A stretch of 64,000 bases of DNA. Origin: a virus. The notes under the pieces are model-generated. The model was given only the letters and a program-made list of their open reading frames with translations. It was not told the DNA's origin and made no database searches. Positions 57,055 through 64,000 of the stretch are shown piece after piece. Every line of letters begins with the position of its first letter. The first letter of the stretch is position 1. The position numbers and the translations under genes were made by a program. The stretch lies in IMG/VR virus record IMGVR_UViG_2929074307_000005. The stretch is one strand, 5' to 3'.

Positions 57055-58446
57055 TTAATAGGTTGGAGATGAAATTCGTGCTGATTTATCCATCCTTTTG
57101 CGGTACTCGTCACGCAAGTCTTCTCGTAGAAAGCTTAAAGCCCAGTTGTGAGTTGCACTCTCAATCTCTGGAAGATATTCTCCAATTGATCCGTCAAACT
57201 TGTCATTTATCACGCCGCGCAAGTAGTCAAATATCTCAAAGTGGATAAACAAACGCTCGTCGCTAAAGCTAACGTCTTGGCCAGGCCGACCAAGTCGATA
57301 AAAATAGTGAGCTTCCGGTATCACAACTACAGATGTAGCTAGAGAAAGCGCAAGATAGTTGAATGGCAAATCGTCAAAGCGCTTCAAATTTTCGTTGAAA
57401 TCAATTTCGTACTTTTCTAGAAAATTTCTACGATAAATACGACGCCAGATTTGAGGTGCGTTATTGATGTAGTCTGGTTTATGGCTCGTCTCGTATGGAA
57501 AAGAGATCGCCCCAAATGGAGGTTCGGACACAATTTCGGCCTCTCCACCTTCCTCGTAAGCTTTGACGAAACCGCATTGACCGACATCCTTCATTCCAGG
57601 CAAGACAGACGTAATTAAGTCTTCAAACATATTTGGTGAAACCCAATCATCCCCGTCCACGAACCCTACATAAAGCCCCGACGCTACTTGCAGTCCTGCA
57701 TTCCGGGCTGATGCGCAGCCTCCATTAGCTTTATGGATGACTTTTAGCTTTCCTGGGTAGCTTGCTGCCCATTGATCAGCAATTTCTCCGGATCTGTCTT
57801 TAGTTCCATCATCAACAACAATAATCTCGATCTCCTCAAGTGTTTGATTACATAAAGTTTCCAGACATTGAGGAAGATATTTTTCAACTCCATAAGCTGG
57901 CACTATTACAGATACGTAAATTTTGGATTCATGATTTGAACTACTTAAAGTACCGCTCTCTAAAATTAGGTGCACATGGAATTTTTCAGCAATCAACGAA
58001 AGATCGCGATGCAATTGATAAGCACTCCGAAGAAAACCTTGAGCGGCTCCCGCAAGGTAGCGGATTTTTATGCAGGATTTGAGTAGTGAATCTAGCAGTT
58101 CATCGGTCAACCAAGTTTCGTCTACACGACAAAAATCAATAGATTCATCACCAATATGATCCCGGAGTGCCGCTAAACTATCTATATATATTACTCCGGT
58201 CGACCTTTGAGATCGAACTGGATCCAAAACGAATATCCTAGCAAGAGGGTAGTTCTCTTTTATAAAAGCCGTTTCCAATCCTGACCGATCACCCACAATA
58301 AGACACCGAGGTTGCGGCGTTGATGGCGAAGTTATTGGTCCATAGAAGGAGTCCGCAATGCGGCGAAGGTCGCTGCCCAGTAATGATTTCTCAATCCCGT
58401 GCTTCTCTAAAGTTTGTGCAACTTTTTTCCAATGATAAGGGATCAT
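57055..58446 (-). CDS. Family 2 glycosyltransferase with an extra N-terminal ~165-aa domain (low GC)
   Basis: VSVIVPAYGVEKYL...IIVVDDGTKD GT2 signature. Confidence 0.75.
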   Translation of the reverse strand: MIPYHWKKVAQTLEKHGIEKSLLGSDLRRIADSFYGPITSPSTPQPRCLIVGDRSGLETAFIKENYPLARIFVLDPVRSQRSTGVIYIDSLAALRDHIGDESIDFCRVDETWLTDELLDSLLKSCIKIRYLAGAAQGFLRSAYQLHRDLSLIAEKFHVHLILESGTLSSSNHESKIYVSVIVPAYGVEKYLPQCLETLCNQTLEEIEIIVVDDGTKDRSGEIADQWAASYPGKLKVIHKANGGCASARNAGLQVASGLYVGFVDGDDWVSPNMFEDLITSVLPGMKDVGQCGFVKAYEEGGEAEIVSEPPFGAISFPYETSHKPDYINNAPQIWRRIYRRNFLEKYEIDFNENLKRFDDLPFNYLALSLATSVVVIPEAHYFYRLGRPGQDVSFSDERLFIHFEIFDYLRGVINDKFDGSIGEYLPEIESATHNWALSFLREDLRDEYRKRMDKSARISSPTY

Positions 58447-59603
58447 TGCTTACCTCGGTATTTGATCATTCGAACGGGGGCCATCATTCGAGATACTAAC
58501 TCGTTCTTGATCACCGTTTTTTGTTGCATATTTTTTACCAAAGGCGCTTCAATAGCAGAACTATCCAGTGGTCTGCCGCCAATTAATCTAAGTAAACCCA
58601 ACTCGTCTTTTTTACCAGAAAGTGAGCTGAAATTGCGCTCTCTTTCATTCTCACTGTAGCGCATTGCATACAGCTCCCACCAATCAGCAGGTAATCCGTC
58701 AATCAAGCTTAAGAATTGTCGGATATAGCTATGTTTCAGTAGTGATGGACAATACTCACCACACCAATGCACTAGTCTGGAAAGCTGACCGCACAGGTTG
58801 GCGCCCGCATCGGAAGAAAGCGTCATCACGTATTTAGAATCAACAATTTCTTTGACTCCAGTTAGGATATCAAACCTACTTTTTCCTTTTGATGCGGTAA
58901 TTTGGCCTGCTCTATCGATTCTATAGAGCAACAAGTAATCGTTCAAAATTCCTATTCGTCCTGCGCGCGCTATCGCGCGAGAATGCGGAGCCACGTCTTC
59001 AAAAATGACGCCCTCTGGAAATTGAGTAATTTCGCGATCATAGAAATCTTTTCTAAAAACACGAATTGAAGAGTTGGGTTCAATACGAAATAACCGCGGC
59101 TCGCGGTAAATGTTTGTTACAAGAAAGTCTCGGTTATTGAGAATCTTATCTAAGATGAAATGATCGCCAAATAATTGGCTTCTCAGTGTCAGATTGCTGA
59201 AACTTTTTGCTCGTGCTAAAACAAGATCGAGATTATTTGCTTCCGCTAAGTCAACCATCGTACGATATACGAAAGACTGTACAAGATCATCGCTGTCAAG
59301 AAAGGCAATATACTTGCCGCGAGCAAATTGAGCGCCGGTATTACGGGCGGCTCCAAGGCCGCCATTCTCTTTTTGTACGAAACGTACGTTGATTGAGTTA
59401 CTATTGATCCATTGAAGAATTTTTTCTGCAGATGAATCAGGGCTGCCGTCATCAACAATTACAATTTCAAAATCATCACCTGCCGAAGTCGCGATCGACT
59501 GTAGGGTCTCTAATACGTATCGTTCTGTATTATAGACAGGAACAATTACAGATAGGAGCTTTTCGCCATCACTAGTACGCTCCATGACAATTCTGTGTAC
59601 CAT
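58443..59603 (-). CDS. Family 2 glycosyltransferase (low GC)
   Basis: LSVIVPVYNTERYV...IVIVDDGSPD; ATGA overlap with the downstream glycosyltransferase. Confidence 0.75.
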   Translation of the reverse strand: MVHRIVMERTSDGEKLLSVIVPVYNTERYVLETLQSIATSAGDDFEIVIVDDGSPDSSAEKILQWINSNSINVRFVQKENGGLGAARNTGAQFARGKYIAFLDSDDLVQSFVYRTMVDLAEANNLDLVLARAKSFSNLTLRSQLFGDHFILDKILNNRDFLVTNIYREPRLFRIEPNSSIRVFRKDFYDREITQFPEGVIFEDVAPHSRAIARAGRIGILNDYLLLYRIDRAGQITASKGKSRFDILTGVKEIVDSKYVMTLSSDAGANLCGQLSRLVHWCGEYCPSLLKHSYIRQFLSLIDGLPADWWELYAMRYSENERERNFSSLSGKKDELGLLRLIGGRPLDSSAIEAPLVKNMQQKTVIKNELVSRMMAPVRMIKYRGKQ

Positions 59604-59620
59604 TTTTTACCCTAGATCGC

Positions 59621-59800
59621 TTAGGCAGAATGCCAGATTCGGATTAAGATAGCTGTAGTTACGCTCGCTAAGCCGAAAGAGAATAACAAGACAGAGATTG
59701 AGACAAGAATGTCTGTGCCGTAAGGAACGAATCCCAATTTGCAAAACAGGTACAACAATGCTCCAAACATTGTAATCACTAATCCGTTTCTACCACCCAT
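59621..59800 (-). CDS. Small two-transmembrane peptide (~59 aa) upstream of the glycosyltransferases; coordinates approximate
   Basis: Open frame MGGRNGLVITMFGALLYLFCKLGF... read by hand. Confidence 0.3.
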   Translation of the reverse strand: MGGRNGLVITMFGALLYLFCKLGFVPYGTDILVSISVLLFSFGLASVTTAILIRIWHSA

Positions 59801-59972
59801 AGTTGCACTCTCTTCTAAATGAATAACATTCGCGTGCGTATACCTAGAAGAGAGATTGATTAAAAGGGTTGCTCGTAGAAAATGTGAATTTAAAAATACT
59901 GTGTGAATTTTGCGACAGTTTTTAATGGTTGATCGGCAGCCAAGAACAGTTTGAATATGCCCCCTATGTAGA

Positions 59973-60242
59973 TCACTTAGGGCGCTGGGATTTTATTTTT
60001 TTGAATTCCAGCTGGTAGCCTAGGCGATGAAGAACTAATGCGGTGTAACGCATAGATGGGTTAGTGTTGCGACCGAGAAGTTGACTAGCGCGAGCCCTTG
60101 TTACACCTAAAGCCGCGCCTAAATCAGCATGTGTCATCTTCTTTTCCGCTAGCATTACATTCAAAACTTCGTGGAATTTATCAACCGTATCCTGAGCAAT
60201 CTTTTCCTCTGTCTCGCTCCACTCTCTCATTATTCTGGTCAT
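59973..60242 (-). CDS. XRE-family HTH transcriptional regulator
   Basis: MTHADLGAALGVTRARASQLLGRN. Confidence 0.7.
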   Translation of the reverse strand: MTRIMREWSETEEKIAQDTVDKFHEVLNVMLAEKKMTHADLGAALGVTRARASQLLGRNTNPSMRYTALVLHRLGYQLEFKKIKSQRPK

Positions 60243-60667
60243 TCTACCCTACTCAATGTTCGATCTGGTTATTCTTGCTGCAAACGCCGTAGATCATTGG
60301 CCTGTAAAAGTGGCTAACTACCATGATTACGGTTTGAGGCAATCAAATTGAACAACGAATAAGTGCGTGGCGCTGCCATTGATGCGGTTTTTTTCATGCC
60401 GAAAGAAAACCCCGACCGGTTGTGTGCGGTCAGGGCTACGCAGGTCTCCAGTCGCGTCTCGAAGATGAACTGCGCTCGCCAAGCTTACACCCACCCTGGA
60501 ATGAAGAAAACCCCGGCGACCGCAAAGCCCACCGGGGTAATGCGCCTTGCTCTGATGTGGGTCAGGACAGCTTGCAAGGTCATCATCTCACAATAATAGG
60601 AAAACACAATGGCACGACGCATAAACGCGGTGGCGCTTTCGCTCATTTAATCTCCAAGGACAATCAA

Positions 60668-61531
60668 ATGAACAAAACAACGTTCTTCGCGTATGCGAGG
60701 CGCGCGCCTTTTGGCGGCCGTCTTTCGCAGGCGCAAGTCAGCGGCACCGAGGCAATTCTTGCCGAAGCCGCTAAAAGGAATCTGCCCGACGAACAGATCG
60801 CATACATCCTCGCGACCGTCTTCCACGAGACTGGCGGCAAGATGCAACCGGTTGTCGAGAAACTGAATTACTCGTCGGCTGCGCGCATTAGGCAGGTTTG
60901 GCCTAAGCGCTTTTCTTCGGTCGCTGCTGCCCAGCCTTATGTGAATAATCCGCAGGCGCTTGCAAATAAGGTCTACGGCGGTCGCATGGGTAACGACAGC
61001 GTTAACGACGGCTGGACTTATCGCGGACGTGGCCTGCCTCAGATCACTGGCGAGGACAATTACAAGAAGTTCGGCATTGCCGATACACCGGAGAAGGCGC
61101 TGGAGTTAGCCACTGCAATCCGCATCCTGTTTGAAGGAATGGTGCTGGGCAAGTTTACGGGCCGCAAGCTCGCGGATTATTTCGGCAAGGGCAAAGCCGA
61201 TCCAGAAGGCGCGCGAGTCATCGTCAACGGAACCGATAAGGCCACGCTGATCGCCGGCTATTACCGCAACTTCCTCGACAGCCTTATCGCTGCGCGCGAA
61301 ATGAAGGCGGCAGCTGTCGAAGATGCCAAGCCTGACGATGTGCCGTTGCTTAAGGATAAGACGGTGCAGACCATTGTCGCCGCTGGCGGCGGTACGTTCG
61401 TAACCGGACTTATAGGTGCTGTTTCGAACCCGTGGGCCTTCCTGACAGTTGCCTTGATCGTGGTTGCCTTGGGTGGCGGCTTCTGGCTTTGGCATACAGG
61501 TAGGCTGGAACTGAAAAGGGCGGCGGCGTGA
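60668..61531 (+). CDS. Endolysin, GH19/lysozyme-like, with a C-terminal hydrophobic anchor
   Basis: HETGG...YRGRGLPQITGEDNYKKFG motifs; C-terminal transmembrane-like FLTVALIVVALGGGFWLW. Confidence 0.65.
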   Translation: MNKTTFFAYARRAPFGGRLSQAQVSGTEAILAEAAKRNLPDEQIAYILATVFHETGGKMQPVVEKLNYSSAARIRQVWPKRFSSVAAAQPYVNNPQALANKVYGGRMGNDSVNDGWTYRGRGLPQITGEDNYKKFGIADTPEKALELATAIRILFEGMVLGKFTGRKLADYFGKGKADPEGARVIVNGTDKATLIAGYYRNFLDSLIAAREMKAAAVEDAKPDDVPLLKDKTVQTIVAAGGGTFVTGLIGAVSNPWAFLTVALIVVALGGGFWLWHTGRLELKRAAA

Positions 61532-61716
61532 GGATCGTGATTGACTACGATGTTTATGCTCAGACTGCTGCAGTTACGATCGACGGCACGGTCCAGCATT
61601 GGACTGATGTGCGCTTAACTCTCGCGCGAGGCGTCACTGAAACACGCGACGGGTATCTGATCCGCCGCGAACGCGACGGTTCGAAGTCTTTGCTTCTTAC
61701 GGGGGAGCAGACGTGA
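61528..61716 (+). CDS. Hypothetical small protein in the lysis cassette
   Basis: GTGA overlap with the endolysin stop. Confidence 0.35.
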   Translation: MRIVIDYDVYAQTAAVTIDGTVQHWTDVRLTLARGVTETRDGYLIRRERDGSKSLLLTGEQT

Positions 61717-61949
61717 CCTTCCTCTTAGCCCTACGCTCCAAGCTGACAGGCTACGCCGTGGCAATCGCTGCGGCGCTGGCGGTCCTTGTCAGCGCGTACC
61801 TCAAAGGCCGGTCTGATAGCAAAACAGCTCAGACGGCACGAGACGCACAATCCGCAACCAAAGCACGGAAGATAGAAAATGAAGTCAGCCGTCTTGATGA
61901 CAGCGCTGTTGACGCTCGGCTTGCTAAGTGGATGCGCGACAAGCGGTAA
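61713..61949 (+). CDS. Rz-like inner-membrane spanin
   Basis: N-terminal transmembrane helix then a charged coiled coil. Confidence 0.5.
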   Translation: MTFLLALRSKLTGYAVAIAAALAVLVSAYLKGRSDSKTAQTARDAQSATKARKIENEVSRLDDSAVDARLAKWMRDKR

Positions 61950-62064
61950 CTATTGCGACGTGGCGCGGGCGATCTATGCCAGCCATGACGACACATCAGA
62001 AACCAAGCGCCAGATCCTGGCCGAGAATGAGAAAATGGAAAAGCTGTGCGGGGTACGGCCTTGA
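61879..62064 (+). CDS. Rz1-like outer-membrane lipoprotein spanin, overlapping the Rz 3' end in another frame
   Basis: Lipobox LLSGC after a signal peptide; overlapped Rz/Rz1 architecture. Confidence 0.55.
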   Translation: MKSAVLMTALLTLGLLSGCATSGNYCDVARAIYASHDDTSETKRQILAENEKMEKLCGVRP

Positions 62065-62101
62065 GGAATCCTGCAATGAACGAATTGATGGGTAACGTGA
62101 A

Positions 62102-62437
62102 ATGACTGGCACTGAAATCATGGGCGTTGTCGGCTTCATCGTGATGCTGTTTGGCTTTTTGTTTGGCCTTTGGAAGTACGTCGACAGCAAGATCAACGCC
62201 GCGAGAAACGAAACGGCCGCCAAAGCCGAAGCAGCCACAGCGCTTGCCGCTCTGACGCGGCAGGAGCTTTCAGACTACAAGCTGCGTGCGGCTGAAACCT
62301 TCGCCACAAAGGCCGGGATGCAGGAACAGACCTCACAGATCATGCGCGCCATCGAAAGCGTTGCAAACCGCATCGATGGGCTTACCGAGCGCATGGATCG
62401 GGTGTTCGAGCAGAAGACGACGCGGGCGCGATCATGA
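62102..62437 (+). CDS. Single-transmembrane membrane protein (holin-like candidate)
   Basis: N-terminal transmembrane helix IMGVVGFIVMLFGFLFGLW then a coiled coil. Confidence 0.4.
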   Translation: MTGTEIMGVVGFIVMLFGFLFGLWKYVDSKINAARNETAAKAEAATALAALTRQELSDYKLRAAETFATKAGMQEQTSQIMRAIESVANRIDGLTERMDRVFEQKTTRARS

Positions 62438-62554
62438 TGTTGAAAGAAAGCGGTCTCTGGGCCCCTCTTTTTTTGTTTGACGCCCCTTTCACTTCCACCA
62501 CAATGACAAATTGCGGGCTACCAACCCGCAAACCAACCAACACGAGGAGACTGT

Positions 62555-62830
62555 ATGTCTGAACAGGCACAGGGCGCGGGAGCGCGCGTAAATACGGGCG
62601 GCAACGCCTTTCCTTCACCAGACTGGAATGGTGACTGGAAAGGCCCGGACGCTAGCCATGGCATGACGTTGCGTGATCATTTTGCTGGGCAAGCGCTGAA
62701 TGGCCTCATTGGCGGATCGCACCATGAGATGGCGACCGTCGCAGAGGCGAACAATACAACAATCCTCAAGGTGGCTGCCTCGCTAGCTTACGCTTACGCC
62801 GACGCCATGATTGCTGCCAGAGGACACTAA
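62555..62830 (+). CDS. Hypothetical protein
   Basis: ccaaccaACACGAGGAGactgtATG upstream. Confidence 0.45.
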   Translation: MSEQAQGAGARVNTGGNAFPSPDWNGDWKGPDASHGMTLRDHFAGQALNGLIGGSHHEMATVAEANNTTILKVAASLAYAYADAMIAARGH

Positions 62831-64000
62831 ATGCTCTCAAACCAAGAACTAGCACGCCGTGTAGCTGCGTATCAGCAGCACGGCACGATAACGAAGGCCG
62901 CGCACGCATGCGGCGTCAAGAAGTCTGCGTTTCATGAAAGCATCAAGCGCGCGGCTGAGCTTGGGCTGATGGGCCCGAAAGAAACGCTGCCAGGCTATGC
63001 AATCAAAAGCCTGACTGAGACGCCTAACGGCACTTACATGCGCCAGACTAAAGAGGCTGGCCCTGTCTATGAAGCAACTGCTGGCCTTGCCGTTAAGGGC
63101 AAGACGACCCTCGTTAACAGCGAAGGCCGCATCGTCACGCAACACATCATGGAGCGTGCGGACGCCGATCAACAGCGGGCTGCTATCATAGCCATGGTTG
63201 AAGCGCTGAAAGAAGACCTGCCGCGCGTATCTATCATGCCTGCGCCGAAGGGCTGTCGCGAGGATCTGTTAAATCAGTTCACGATCACTGACAACCATTT
63301 CGGCATGATGTCGTGGCGCGAAGAAACTGGCAGCGATTACGATCTGCGGATTGCTGAGCAGTTGCTGCTTGATTGGTTCTCTGCGGCTGTAGCGCAAGCG
63401 CCTGACGCTCACACAGCCATTCTGGCGCAACTCGGCGACCTGATGCACCACGATGCGCTTGAAAGCGTCACGCCTGCCCACAAGCATGTTCTTGATGCCG
63501 ACAGCCGCCTGCAAAAAGTCATTCGCATTGTGATCCGCACGATCCGCCGCATCATCGATATGCTGTTGCAGAAGCATGAGCGCGTTCATGTCGTGATGGC
63601 TTCGGGGAATCACGACCCGGCCTCATCTGCATGGCTGCGTGAAATGCTGGCCGTTATGTACGAGAACGAGCCGCGTATCACTGTCGATAATTCGCCGTCG
63701 CTCTATTACGCCTTCGAGTGGGGTAGCACGATGCTTGCCTATCACCACGGGCATAAGCGTGGTGTCGCAAATATTGAGGGCACGATTGCAGGGATGTTCC
63801 GTGGGATGTTCGGCCGCTCGTTGCAGGCCTACGTGCATATCGGACACAGACACAGCGATGACGCCAGAAAAGGCACTCTGATGTATGTCGAGCAGCATGA
63901 AACGCTCGCAGCACCAGATGCTTATGCAGCTGGCGGCGGCTGGCTGTCAGGCCGATCAGCTAAGCGGATAACCTATAGCAAGCAGTTCGGCGAAGTCGGT
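62831..64000 (+). CDS. HTH plus calcineurin-like metallophosphoesterase (NinI/SbcD-like motifs); 3' end beyond the window
   Basis: Not in the ORF track because it has no stop within the window. Motifs DNHFG, GDLMHHD, GNHD, HHGH and GHRH. N-terminal HTH ARRVAAYQQHGTITKAAHACGV. Confidence 0.6.
   Translation, partial: MLSNQELARRVAAYQQHGTITKAAHACGVKKSAFHESIKRAAELGLMGPKETLPGYAIKSLTETPNGTYMRQTKEAGPVYEATAGLAVKGKTTLVNSEGRIVTQHIMERADADQQRAAIIAMVEALKEDLPRVSIMPAPKGCREDLLNQFTITDNHFGMMSWREETGSDYDLRIAEQLLLDWFSAAVAQAPDAHTAILAQLGDLMHHDALESVTPAHKHVLDADSRLQKVIRIVIRTIRRIIDMLLQKHERVHVVMASGNHDPASSAWLREMLAVMYENEPRITVDNSPSLYYAFEWGSTMLAYHHGHKRGVANIEGTIAGMFRGMFGRSLQAYVHIGHRHSDDARKGTLMYVEQHETLAAPDAYAAGGGWLSGRSAKRITYSKQFGEVG

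Noticed and set aside
60363-60596. 77-aa plus-strand ORF upstream of the endolysin
   Set aside because: It has no ribosome-binding site. The region is dominated by hairpins and repeated GAAAACCCC elements, so it is more likely a regulatory leader RNA.

Overview
The window is a ~64-kb temperate-phage (prophage) genome in a ~57% GC alphaproteobacterial (Rhizobiales-like) background; it runs off both window edges.

Layout, left to right:
- A tyrosine integrase lies at the left edge (1..1254).
- A translationally coupled leftward early operon runs on the minus strand from 7763 down to ~1251, and includes an SF2 helicase with C-terminal tandem repeats.
- The immunity region has a LexA-like CI repressor (8217..8894, minus strand), palindromic operators and a sigma70 promoter, and a Cro/CII-like HTH gene.
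- A long rightward early operon (9.4-29.6 kb) carries four chained tiny membrane peptides plus an SPFH/band-7 protein, a Sak4-like ATPase, an HNH endonuclease, an SSB-like protein, a phage-encoded beta-clamp (DnaN), a Cas4-like Fe-S nuclease, a second SF2 helicase, three DNA methyltransferases (MT-A70, an NPPF N6A enzyme, and C5), a PrimPol/AAA primase, and two metallophosphoesterases.
- Two tRNAs sit at ~30 kb.
- The packaging and head module follows: HNH endonuclease, TerS, TerL, HK97-like portal, S49 prohead protease, major capsid.
- A Tn3-family transposon (37825..43821) with 38-bp terminal inverted repeats (IRs) and a 5-bp TATAA target duplication sits exactly at the head-tail junction. 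Its cargo is an ASCH-like gene, a GNAT acetyltransferase and a PLP-dependent dehydratase.
- An RcGTA-like tail module follows (connector genes, major tail, chaperone with a candidate -1 frameshift, tape measure, DUF2460/DUF2163-like proteins, NlpC/P60, host-specificity protein, and a tail fibre with an S74 chaperone domain).
- A low-GC minus-strand glycosyltransferase moron cluster (a horizontally acquired accessory insertion) sits with an XRE regulator.
- The lysis cassette has a GH19-like endolysin and overlapping Rz/Rz1 spanins.
- Beyond it, an HTH-metallophosphoesterase ORF runs off the right edge.

The most unusual signals are:
- a short in-frame 'A-N-D-N' peptide motif recurring in the C-terminal tails or linkers of at least 12 functionally unrelated early proteins;
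- a conserved CA-rich + ACACGAGGAG translation-initiation element on at least 12 genes;
- low-GC antisense morons inside the early operon and the tail module;
- SSB-tail (DDEIPF) and clamp-binding-like (QPSLF) C-termini on a helicase and a methyltransferase, alongside a phage-encoded beta-clamp.
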